From Acidimicrobiia bacterium (lineage in GTDB: Bacteria; Actinomycetota; Acidimicrobiia; IMCC26256; PALSA-610), in assembly GCA_038323195.1 (NCBI GenBank), contig JBBQGQ010000005.1, positions 99,217 to 163,216 on the forward strand: a stretch of DNA of 64,000 nt, written 5' to 3'. Positions within the stretch are counted from its first letter, which is position 1; every line of letters starts with the position of its first letter. The notes below the pieces were generated by a model. The model made no database searches. It was not told the origin of the DNA and saw nothing but the letters and a program-made list of their open reading frames with translations. Positions 16,440-25,012 of the stretch are shown here, one piece after another. Both the position numbers and the translations under genes were made by a program.

Positions 16440-17843
16440 TTGCGGATCATCGTTGTGGGCGGCGGGATCGCGGGTCTGGGCACCGCGCTCGCATGCGCGC
16501 GCGACGGACACCAGGTGACCGTCCTCGAGCGCGACGACACTCCGATGCCGACCGATGCCGACGCGGCGTTCGCGTGGCAGCGCACTGGCGCACCACAGGT
16601 GCGCCACTCGCACGCGTTCCTCGCCCGCCTGCGCAACCTGTTGCGCGACCGCGCGCCCGACGTACTCGACGCGCTGCTCCGTGCCGGCGCGACGGAGATC
16701 CCGTTCACTGAGCACCTACCTCCGACGCTCACCGATCAGTCGGCGCGCCCGGGCGACGCCGACCTCGTCGCCATCGCGTGCCGGCGCACGACGTTCGAGT
16801 GGGTCCTGCGCCGGCTGGTGCTCGACGAGCCGGGCGTCGAGCTCGGCCACGGCGCGGCCGCGAGGTCGCTCGATGCGCGCCCGGGAACGATCCCACGCGT
16901 CGTCGGTGTCGACGGCGCCCGGGCCGAACTTGTGGTCGACGCCCGCGGCCCGCGTTCGTCGTCCGCCGAATGGCTCGCCGCGATGGGTGCCCCACCCGTC
17001 CGCGAGGAACTGCACGAGAGCGGCATCGTCTACTACTCGCGGTTCTACCGCGTTCGGACCGGCATCGAGGCACCGCCCTACTCGGGTCCGACCGCCGCCG
17101 ATCTCGGCTACCTCAAGTACGCGATCTTCCTGGGTGACAACCGCACCTTCTCGATCACCTACGCGATCGAGAGCGACGACGAGCAGCTCCGCCGGGCTCT
17201 CGCCGCCTCCGATGGCTTCGAGACCGTCGCGGGGTCGCTCGTCGCGACCGCGCCCTGGCGCGTCGACGGTGTCGCCGATCCGATCACCGACGTGCACATG
17301 ATGGCCGGGCTCCGCAACCGCTACCGTCCCCTCGTCGACGACGAAGGCCGGCCGATCGTGTACGGCTACGTCGCAGTCGGCGACGCGGCGGTGTGCACGA
17401 ACCCGCTCTACGGACGCGGTTGCAGCCTCGCGTTCGTGCACGCGTTCGGCTTGGCCGACGCGTTGCGCGAGCACGGCGGCGATCTCGACGCGCTGTCGCG
17501 TACCTTCGCCGCCTTCACCGATCGCGAGGTAGTGCCGTGGTTCCGCTCGGCGGTGCTGCAGGACGCGCAGGCACGCGCGCTGCACGAGGAGCTGCCGTCC
17601 GAAGACCCGCGCGCGTTCGCGCAGGAGATCTTTCGTGAGGGACTCTTGCCCGCGATGCGCACCTCGCCCGTCGTGTTCCGGGCGTTCCTGCGGTGGTTCA
17701 ACCTCTTGGTCACGCCCGATGCGCTCATGGCCGACGCCGAGATCGTCGGCGAGGTGCTCGCCGCCTACCAGGATCGCGAGAACCGTCCCGGGCCACCGGT
17801 GCTCGGTCTCGACCGCGAGGCGTTGCTGCGCGAGCTCGCCTGA
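16440..17843 (+). CDS. FAD-dependent oxidoreductase (monooxygenase / geranylgeranyl-reductase-like)
   Basis: TTG start preceded by GGGAGGAA. N-terminal dinucleotide-binding motif IIVVGGGIAGLGTALA. 467 aa. Confidence 0.8.
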   Translation: MRIIVVGGGIAGLGTALACARDGHQVTVLERDDTPMPTDADAAFAWQRTGAPQVRHSHAFLARLRNLLRDRAPDVLDALLRAGATEIPFTEHLPPTLTDQSARPGDADLVAIACRRTTFEWVLRRLVLDEPGVELGHGAAARSLDARPGTIPRVVGVDGARAELVVDARGPRSSSAEWLAAMGAPPVREELHESGIVYYSRFYRVRTGIEAPPYSGPTAADLGYLKYAIFLGDNRTFSITYAIESDDEQLRRALAASDGFETVAGSLVATAPWRVDGVADPITDVHMMAGLRNRYRPLVDDEGRPIVYGYVAVGDAAVCTNPLYGRGCSLAFVHAFGLADALREHGGDLDALSRTFAAFTDREVVPWFRSAVLQDAQARALHEELPSEDPRAFAQEIFREGLLPAMRTSPVVFRAFLRWFNLLVTPDALMADAEIVGEVLAAYQDRENRPGPPVLGLDREALLRELA

Positions 17844-17858
17844 CCGGCGGGGCCGAGC

Positions 17859-19952
17859 TCAGTAGGCGAGGAGCGCCCGGAGGTCGCGCGCGATGTCATC
17901 GACCTGGGGGAGCGTCGCGTTCTCGAGGGTCGGCTCGTACGCGCAGAAGGTGTCGGTCGCGGCGAGGCGCCACACCGGCGCGTCGAGGTGCTCGAAGCAC
18001 TCGTCGGCGACGAACGCGGCAATCTCCGCGCCGAATCCGCACGTGAGCGTGTCCTCGTGCAGCACGAGCACACGGCCGGTCTTACGCACGGATTCGCCCA
18101 CGATGTCGCGGTCCCACGGCGCGATCGTGCGCAGGTCGACGATCTCGACGCCGCCGTCGTCGCCCAGCTCCTTGACCGCGAGCTGCGCGCGGTGCACGGT
18201 CGCGCCCCACGTGACGACGGTTGCCCGATCGCCGCGCGTCACGTAGGTGCCCTTGCCGAACGGCAGCATCCAATCCGCGGGAGGCAGCGGATCGCGGTTG
18301 TAACCCTGCCGGTACAGGTGCTTGTGCTCGAGGAAGAGGACGGGATCGTCGCAACGAAACGCGGTGCGCAACAAGCCGGCTGCGTCCCGCGCTCGGGACG
18401 GAAACGCGATCAGGAGTCCCGGAACGTGGGCGAAGACCGATTCGCCCGACTGGCTGTGGAACAGCGCGCCGCCCTGCAGGTAACCGCCGATCGGGATGCG
18501 CACGACCATGGGGCAGCTGAACGCGCCGTTCGAACGCCAACGCGTCGTTGCCGCCTCCGATCGGAGCTGGTTCATCGCCGGCCAGACGTAGTCGAAGAAC
18601 TGGATCTCCGCGCACGGCCGGAGTCCGCGCATTGCCTGCCCGACGGCGCGGCCGATGATGTTCGCCTCCGCCAGCGGCGTGTTGAAGCACCGGGCGTCTC
18701 CGAACGCGCGCTGGAGGCCGAAGGTGATCCCGAACACCCCGCCTTTGCCGGGTACTTCGTCGATGACGTGCGAGTCGGCGTCGGCCACGTCCTCACCGAA
18801 CACCCGGATCCGTTCGTCGAGCGCCATCTGCTCGTGCAATGTGAGGCGGATCGCCTCGCCGAACGTGACGACCTCGGGGGGCGGGTCGGGCTGCGCCGGC
18901 TCGCCGGGGTCGGCGGTCACCGGCGTGGGCCCGAACACGTGGTCGATGACCGACACGGGAGCCGGCCTCGGCAACGCGAGCGCGGCTTCGGCTGCCGACC
19001 GCACGGTCTCCTTGGCTTCGGCGCGCATCTGCTCGGCGGCCTCGACCGTGAGCGCGCCGGCCGCGAGCAGTCGTTGCTCGAGCGCGGTGATCGGGTCGTG
19101 TTCGCGCTCGTCGTCGAGCTCTTCGGCCGCGCGGTACTTCTTCTGGTCGTCGGAGAGCGAGTGTGAGTACGGGCGCGTGACGACCGCGTGCACGAGGCAC
19201 GGGCCCGCGCCGGCCCGCACGTGTGCGATCGCATTCGCGCCCTTGCTGCGAACCTCGAAGTAGTCGCGTCCGTCGATGTTCACGACGTGGAGCCCGCGAA
19301 TGCCACGCACCATCTCCGAAATCGGCGCGGGATGCTGATCGGTCGATCGCACCGAGATCGCGTAGCCGTTGTCGGCAACGACGAACAGCACCGGGAGATG
19401 GAGACGAGTTGCGGTGTTGAGCGCTTCCCAGAACTCGCCTTCGGAGGTCGCGCCCTCGCCGAGCGACACGTACGTAACCTCGTCGCCGTGTGCGGTGCAG
19501 CCGGGCAGATGCGGGCGCCGGCCGATGTAGCGCGCCGCCTCCGCGCAGCCGACCGCGGGCAGGCACTGACTCGCGGTGACCGACGTCTGGCTCACGATGT
19601 TGAGCCGGGCCGAGCCCCAGTGGCACGGCATCTGCCGGCCACCCGATGCCGGGTCGGCCGCCGCGCCGACGGCCTGCATCAACATCTCGAGCGGCGTGAC
19701 GCCGAGGGCCAACGCGAGCGCCCGATCGCGGTAGTAGGGGAAGAACCAGTCGTAGCCGGCGCGCAGGGAGCGCGCGAGGCCGAGCAGCAGCGCCTCGTGC
19801 CCGGCGCCCGAGATCTGGAAGAAGGCGCGGTTCTGCTGGCGGAGCGCGATCTCGCGGTCGTCGCAAAAGCGCGACACGAGCGCGAGGCGGAAATCGTCGA
19901 GCGCGTCGTCGAGGTATGCGTCGAGCGGTCGGTCGAGTGCGGCGTCGTGCAC
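17859..19952 (-). CDS. 2-oxoacid dehydrogenase E1 component, fused alpha and beta subunits
   Basis: One frame encodes the TPP-binding alpha part (SLGEGATSEGEFWEALN...VADNGYAIS) and the transketolase-like beta part (FGEDVADA...FNTPLAEANIIG...). Start is uncertain: GTG at 19952 chosen, ORF is open to 20123. Confidence 0.85.
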   Translation of the reverse strand: MHDAALDRPLDAYLDDALDDFRLALVSRFCDDREIALRQQNRAFFQISGAGHEALLLGLARSLRAGYDWFFPYYRDRALALALGVTPLEMLMQAVGAAADPASGGRQMPCHWGSARLNIVSQTSVTASQCLPAVGCAEAARYIGRRPHLPGCTAHGDEVTYVSLGEGATSEGEFWEALNTATRLHLPVLFVVADNGYAISVRSTDQHPAPISEMVRGIRGLHVVNIDGRDYFEVRSKGANAIAHVRAGAGPCLVHAVVTRPYSHSLSDDQKKYRAAEELDDEREHDPITALEQRLLAAGALTVEAAEQMRAEAKETVRSAAEAALALPRPAPVSVIDHVFGPTPVTADPGEPAQPDPPPEVVTFGEAIRLTLHEQMALDERIRVFGEDVADADSHVIDEVPGKGGVFGITFGLQRAFGDARCFNTPLAEANIIGRAVGQAMRGLRPCAEIQFFDYVWPAMNQLRSEAATTRWRSNGAFSCPMVVRIPIGGYLQGGALFHSQSGESVFAHVPGLLIAFPSRARDAAGLLRTAFRCDDPVLFLEHKHLYRQGYNRDPLPPADWMLPFGKGTYVTRGDRATVVTWGATVHRAQLAVKELGDDGGVEIVDLRTIAPWDRDIVGESVRKTGRVLVLHEDTLTCGFGAEIAAFVADECFEHLDAPVWRLAATDTFCAYEPTLENATLPQVDDIARDLRALLAY

Positions 19953-20008
19953 TGTCCGGCAGTGTACGACGTAGCCTGGGTCGCGGTGACACAGCCGGCG
20001 AGTGAGAC

Positions 20009-20908
20009 GTGAGCGAGTCCGCGACCCTTCCTTGGCGCCGGCGCGCCGCGCGCGACACGCGCGGCTTCGTGTCGCCCGCGGTGCGGAATCTCGGGCGCGA
20101 GCTCGGCGTCGATCCGGCTTCACTACTGGGCCGAGGGACGGGAGCCCGTGTCACACTCGCCGACGTGCGGGTTGCCGGAATGGGAGCCGATCGTGCTTCT
20201 GCCGCTGGCACTTCTGCCGCGGGCGAGACCGGGTGCGACGAGGTCGTGCCGTTCGACAACGTCCGGCGCCGGACTGCTGTCGGGCTGCTTGCGTCGAAGC
20301 GCACGATCCCGCACGCGCTGGAGGTCGTCGCGGCCGACTACGGGGCGATCGACGGAGCGCGCGCCGTCGCGGGGCTCACCGCGTTGCCGTTCGTGGCGCG
20401 GGCAGTGGTCGACGCGCTCCGCGAATTCCCGCTGATGAACGCGACGGTGGCCGAGGACGGGTTGTCGCTCGTGACGCACCGCGCCGTGCACCTCGGGATC
20501 GCGGTCGACCTCGACTTCCACGGGCTCGTGGTACCGGTCGTGCACGGTGCCGACGGCCTGCGCTTGCGCGCCCTCGCCGCGGCCATCCGCGAGGTCGCCG
20601 GGCGCGCTCGCGCCCGGAAGCTGGTCCCCGACGACCTTGCGGGCGGAACGTTCACGATCACCAACCCGGGTGCGTCGGGCACGTGGATCTCGTTCCCGGT
20701 GATCAATCGACCTCAGGTCGGGATCCTCGCAACCGACGGCGTCTCCAAGCAGGTGGTCGCCGGCGACGACAGCCGGCTCGGCATCGCGTCGGTCGGTCGT
20801 CTCTGCTGCGCGTTCGACCATCGTGCGCTCGACGGCGCGTACGCGGGCGCGTTCCTCCGGCGCGTCCGGCACATCATCGAGCACCGCGACTGGCTCAGGG
20901 AGCTTTGA
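20009..20908 (+). CDS. 2-oxoacid dehydrogenase E2 acyltransferase lacking a lipoyl domain
   Basis: 299 aa. It begins directly with a peripheral-subunit-binding motif (VSPAVRNLGRELGVDPASLLGRGTGARVTLADV), followed by the catalytic domain with DHRALDG. There is no room upstream for a lipoyl domain. Confidence 0.8.
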   Translation: MSESATLPWRRRAARDTRGFVSPAVRNLGRELGVDPASLLGRGTGARVTLADVRVAGMGADRASAAGTSAAGETGCDEVVPFDNVRRRTAVGLLASKRTIPHALEVVAADYGAIDGARAVAGLTALPFVARAVVDALREFPLMNATVAEDGLSLVTHRAVHLGIAVDLDFHGLVVPVVHGADGLRLRALAAAIREVAGRARARKLVPDDLAGGTFTITNPGASGTWISFPVINRPQVGILATDGVSKQVVAGDDSRLGIASVGRLCCAFDHRALDGAYAGAFLRRVRHIIEHRDWLREL

Positions 20909-22043
20909 CGGCCAGCTTCGCCGGATCCTCGACGTCGGTCGGCGTGCAGCCCGGTGGGGCCGTGACCGGATCGCAGCGCGCCGGCGTACCACCCGGAATC
21001 TTGGTCACGTAGCCGTTGCCGAGCTTCGGGTCGGGCTGCTCGTAGTCGGTGCTCACGAGCTGTGCGCCGCCGCTCAACGCGACCTGTTCGTCGTGGTGGT
21101 TGTTCGCGCGGGCTTCGACGGTGTCGGCGTCGGCGCGCGTGCGCACGATCATGTGCGCCGCCAGCGCGGCCTTGATCTTCGCCGCGTCGCCGACGGGATC
21201 GTTCAGCTTCGCGAACGCGGCATCGTCTTGTCCGGGTGCCGACGGAGTGAAGATCAACCGGCCGCGGAGCGACGGATGGCCGACGAGGTAGGCGGCGCGG
21301 AAGCTTCCTTCGTTGTCGAGCGTGAAGTAGACCTTGCCGCGCACGGTGCCGAGCGTCGGCCAGCCGTGCGCGCGAACGGCCGCTCCCAATGTCGGCGCGT
21401 TGGCGCGCACGTCGTCGGGAGTGATGATCTGCGTGCGATCGAACACCGAGGTGATCTCGTGCTCGAGCTCCTGGAACATCGGCTCGGTCGCCTTGTCGTC
21501 TTTCATCTCGATGTGGACGTCCATCGGCACATGACCCGGGTGCGCATCGGACCACGTGCGAACGAGGCGGAGGCACAGCACGAAGGTGAGGCATGTCGAG
21601 TTCGTGTCGACGTCGGCCTGGTGGATGATCTTGAAGCCCGGCTCGTTCATCACGGGGTTGTTCGGGATGTGGACACCCTCTTGGAGCGGAAAGGACGGTT
21701 TCGCGTATTTGCCGCCGCGCGGGTCGTACCAGACGTCGAGCTCGATCTGGCGAACGCCGATGTCGAACTGCTTCGGGAGCGGCGCGTGCGCGTAGTCGAG
21801 TGTTCGGGCCAGTGCGGGAGTCGATTTGTAGAGCGCGTCGAGAACCTGCGGATAGGGCCGGCCGTGGTAGCTGTTGTGCGACCCGAGTACTTGTACCTGG
21901 TCGAGCCGGAGCGTGTCGTCGAGCCGGTACGCGGGGGCGGTCGTCGTCGATGCGGGTGCCGTGCCGTTGTGGCCACCGCTACTGCTGCAAGCCGTTGCCG
22001 CGAGCGCGACGAGACACATTGATGCCAACATGCGGGGCCGCAT
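20895..22043 (-). CDS. secreted lipoprotein, PLC-like phosphodiesterase (PI-PLC X-domain type)
   Basis: ATG at 22043 gives MRPRMLASMCLVALAATAC (signal peptide plus lipobox). VLGSHNSYH and the rest resemble Ca-dependent PI-PLC-like proteins. The 3' end overlaps the convergent E2 gene by 14 nt. Confidence 0.75.
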   Translation of the reverse strand: MRPRMLASMCLVALAATACSSSGGHNGTAPASTTTAPAYRLDDTLRLDQVQVLGSHNSYHGRPYPQVLDALYKSTPALARTLDYAHAPLPKQFDIGVRQIELDVWYDPRGGKYAKPSFPLQEGVHIPNNPVMNEPGFKIIHQADVDTNSTCLTFVLCLRLVRTWSDAHPGHVPMDVHIEMKDDKATEPMFQELEHEITSVFDRTQIITPDDVRANAPTLGAAVRAHGWPTLGTVRGKVYFTLDNEGSFRAAYLVGHPSLRGRLIFTPSAPGQDDAAFAKLNDPVGDAAKIKAALAAHMIVRTRADADTVEARANNHHDEQVALSGGAQLVSTDYEQPDPKLGNGYVTKIPGGTPARCDPVTAPPGCTPTDVEDPAKLAVKAP

Positions 22044-22080
22044 GACCCGGAGCATAGGATCTCCGTCGTCCATCCGGCCT

Positions 22081-22106
22081 GCCCGAGCGGTAGGCCCGAG
22101 CGGTAG
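22081..22106. repeat. perfect 13-bp tandem duplication GCCCGAGCGGTAG x2
   Basis: Copies at 22081-22093 and 22094-22106, in the divergent region between the PLC-like gene and the ferredoxin gene. Confidence 0.95.
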
Positions 22107-22179
22107 ATATGTCTCGATGCGTCTCGAGCGAGTCGAAACACTGCCCACTGCGAGTGAGAACCCGAGGAGAAGCGTCGTC

Positions 22180-22371
22180 GTGAAGGTGCGTGTCGACCCC
22201 GATCTGTGCGTCGGCCATGGCCGCTGCTACGTGCTGGCTCCCGACGTGTTCGCCCCTGACGACTTCGGCCACTGCGAGATCGTCGCCTCCGAGGTCGGCG
22301 GAGCCCTTGCCGAACAGGCGCGCATCGGCGCCGAGAACTGCCCGGAACGAGCCATCTCCTTGGAGGATTGA
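22180..22371 (+). CDS. small single-cluster ferredoxin
   Basis: GTG at 22180 preceded by GAGGAGAA. VKVRVDPDLCVGHGRCYVLAPDVF...ENCPERAISL has the Cys-x5-Cys...Cys-Pro pattern. Confidence 0.8.
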   Translation: MKVRVDPDLCVGHGRCYVLAPDVFAPDDFGHCEIVASEVGGALAEQARIGAENCPERAISLED

Positions 22372-22374
22372 CGG

Positions 22375-23205
22375 ATGAACGACGTGCTGCAGTACGAGGG
22401 CAAGCGCGTGATCGTGACGGGCGCAGCTTCGGGGATGGGCGCCGCGACTGCGCAGATCCTCGTCGATCTCGGCGCCGAGGTGCACGCGATCGACATCAAG
22501 AAGCCCGAGGTGACGGGGCTGGCCAGCTTCAGTCAGTGCGATCTGCGCGATCCCGCACAGATCGACGAAACGATCGGGAAGATCGGCAAGATCGTGAACG
22601 CGCTCTTCAATTGCGCGGGTCTGCCGAACACGTTCCCGAACCTCGACGTGATGCTCGTCAACTTCTGCGGACTCCGCCAGGTGACCGAGTCGGTGATCCC
22701 GCTCATGATCGAGGGTTCGTCGATCGCGAGCATCGCGTCGACCGCGGGGATCGGTTGGATGCAGAACATGGAGCTTTTGTTCGGGCTCATGATGACTCCC
22801 GACTTCGCCGGGGCACGCGCGTGGTGCGAAGCGCACCCGAAGGAGCTCGCGAACGCGTACGGCCTGTCGAAGGAAGCGATCAACGCGTACACCGCGTTTC
22901 GTTCGTTCAACCTCGCCCAGGACGGGCTCCGCATCAACTGCGTCAACCCCGGCCCCACCGACACGCCGATGATGCCCGAGTTCGAGAAGGCCGTCGGCAA
23001 GAAGTACATGGACGACTTCCCGGTTCCCCTCGGCCGCCATGCCGTCGCGGAGGAGCAGGCTTGGCCCATGGTGTTCCTCAACAGCCCGCGCTCGTCGTTC
23101 GTCACGGGCTTGCAGTTCGACTGCGACGGCGGGTTCAAGGGCGGACTTTTCACCGGCCAGATCGACCCGACCGTGCTGATGCCCGAAGGTATGGGCGACG
23201 CATGA
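22375..23205 (+). CDS. SDR family oxidoreductase
   Basis: VIVTGAASGMGAATA Rossmann motif. 276 aa. Starts 3 nt after the ferredoxin stop, and its own stop overlaps the bioB start (ATGA). Confidence 0.85.
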   Translation: MNDVLQYEGKRVIVTGAASGMGAATAQILVDLGAEVHAIDIKKPEVTGLASFSQCDLRDPAQIDETIGKIGKIVNALFNCAGLPNTFPNLDVMLVNFCGLRQVTESVIPLMIEGSSIASIASTAGIGWMQNMELLFGLMMTPDFAGARAWCEAHPKELANAYGLSKEAINAYTAFRSFNLAQDGLRINCVNPGPTDTPMMPEFEKAVGKKYMDDFPVPLGRHAVAEEQAWPMVFLNSPRSSFVTGLQFDCDGGFKGGLFTGQIDPTVLMPEGMGDA

Positions 23206-24185
23206 CCGACGCGCGGCGAAGCGACTGGACGATCGACGAGGTGCAGGCGCTGTTCGAGCTACCCCTCATGGCGTTGGTACGCCGGGCCGGCCGGGTGTAC
23301 GAACAGTTCCACGACACCGACGTCGTGCACGTGAACCAACTGTTGTCGATCAAGACCGGGGCGTGTCCCGAGGACTGCGGGTATTGCTCGCAGTCGGCGC
23401 ATCACGACACCGGCGTCAAACCACAGCCGTTGATGGCCGTCGACGAGGTGGTGCGCACCGCGACGCGAGCCAAAGCCCAGGGCGTCACCCGGTTCTGCAT
23501 GGGTGCCGCATGGCGCGACGTGAAGGACAATGCGCAGTTCGACCGAGTGCTCGACATGGTTCGCCAGGTGAACGACCTCGGGCTCGAGGTGTGCGCGACG
23601 CTCGGCATGCTCACCGCCGACCAGGCGCGTCGGCTCGACGAAGCCGGGCTCTACGCCTACAACCACAACCTCGACACTTCACCCGAGTACTACGAGTCGG
23701 TGATCACCACCCGGACCTACCAGGACCGTCTCGACACGATCGACAACCTGCGGACGACGAACATCACCGTGTGCTGTGGCGGAATCATCGGGATGGGCGA
23801 ATCGGTCGCGGATCGCATCTCGTTCCTGCACCGGCTGGCGACCCTCGATCCCCACCCGGAGTCGGTACCGATCAACGTGCTGTCACGCGTTCCGGGTACG
23901 CCGCTGGAGGGGGCGGACGACGTCGAGATCCACGAGACGGTCCGCATGATCGCGACCGCACGGGTGCTCATGCCCACCTCGGTGGTCCGCATTGCCGCGG
24001 GGCGGCACCTCATGACCTTCTCCGACCAGGCGCTGTGCTTCCTCGCCGGGGCCAACTCGATCTTCACGAGCGAGCGCAACATGATGCTCACCGCGACGAC
24101 GCCGTGCGCCGACCACGCGACCGACCGCTCGATGCTCGCGACGATGGGATTGCGAGCCCGGGTGCTCGAGCCGACCGATCGTTGA
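23202..24185 (+). CDS. bioB: biotin synthase
   Basis: ATG at 23202. Radical-SAM CPEDCGYCSQS motif, then YNHNLDTS and CCGGIIGMGE, characteristic of BioB. Confidence 0.95.
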   Translation: MTDARRSDWTIDEVQALFELPLMALVRRAGRVYEQFHDTDVVHVNQLLSIKTGACPEDCGYCSQSAHHDTGVKPQPLMAVDEVVRTATRAKAQGVTRFCMGAAWRDVKDNAQFDRVLDMVRQVNDLGLEVCATLGMLTADQARRLDEAGLYAYNHNLDTSPEYYESVITTRTYQDRLDTIDNLRTTNITVCCGGIIGMGESVADRISFLHRLATLDPHPESVPINVLSRVPGTPLEGADDVEIHETVRMIATARVLMPTSVVRIAAGRHLMTFSDQALCFLAGANSIFTSERNMMLTATTPCADHATDRSMLATMGLRARVLEPTDR

Positions 24186-24218
24186 CCCGTTCTCGGTCGC
24201 GTCATCGAACGAAGCGCG

Positions 24219-24980
24219 TCAGCCGGTCGTCACCTCGCCGTGGGCGGTGTCGCACAGCCGTGCCTGCCCGGCGGGCACCTGGCCGGCACCGATCCCCTCG
24301 AGCGCGGCGAACGGCCCGCACACATTGGGTACGACCCAGACGTGCAGCATCGGGATGTCGGCTGCCTTCGACGACCCCGCCGGGCACTGGCCATTGATCG
24401 CGGTGAAGCCCGACAGTGTCTTTTGCACCGAGTCGTCCGTCAGACAGAGATCGCCGTGCACGTGCCATTGCGTGAGCGCGCCGCCGACGTCGGGCGCGTC
24501 GGTGAAGCGGCTCTTGAACGGCAGCATGTACATCGCGGCCGCGATCTGCTGCGTACCGTTGCGGACCTCGTAGACCAGTGACTCGGGTCGTGTCGGGTCG
24601 AGGATGTGGCCGTCGTCGACGTCGGCCCACTTGATGTAGTGCTCGTCGCCGGTGAGGCGGTCGCCGATCGAGCGATACCCGGCTGCGAAGGCCTCCGCTG
24701 GATACGTGTACTTGCGCAGGTCGACGATCGTCTCGCGTACCAGGGTCTCGGCGCGGTGCTGCTCGGCCGGCGTCACACCCGGTGTTCCCCCGAGGTCGAT
24801 CGGCTTGGTCGGGTCGTACGGCTTGGGCTTCTCGAGCGTGGTCGGGGTCGGCTTGCTCGTGGAAGACGCAACCGGCGCCGGCGCGGCGGACGGGTGCGCA
24901 CCCGACGATGCACCGCACGCGCTCATCACCAGCGCCAACGCGCACGCGGTGATCGCGACATTGCCCCCCGACACTGTCAT
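24219..24980 (-). CDS. lipoprotein of unknown function
   Basis: ATG at 24980 gives MTVSGGNVAITACALALVMSACG (lipobox), then a Pro/Thr/Ser linker and a ~200-aa globular part. It is the C-terminal part of the long ORF 24219..27134. Confidence 0.75.
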   Translation of the reverse strand: MTVSGGNVAITACALALVMSACGASSGAHPSAAPAPVASSTSKPTPTTLEKPKPYDPTKPIDLGGTPGVTPAEQHRAETLVRETIVDLRKYTYPAEAFAAGYRSIGDRLTGDEHYIKWADVDDGHILDPTRPESLVYEVRNGTQQIAAAMYMLPFKSRFTDAPDVGGALTQWHVHGDLCLTDDSVQKTLSGFTAINGQCPAGSSKAADIPMLHVWVVPNVCGPFAALEGIGAGQVPAGQARLCDTAHGEVTTG

Positions 24981-25012
24981 CCGGTCAGGATATCGACCGG
25001 CCGAGTCCTGGG

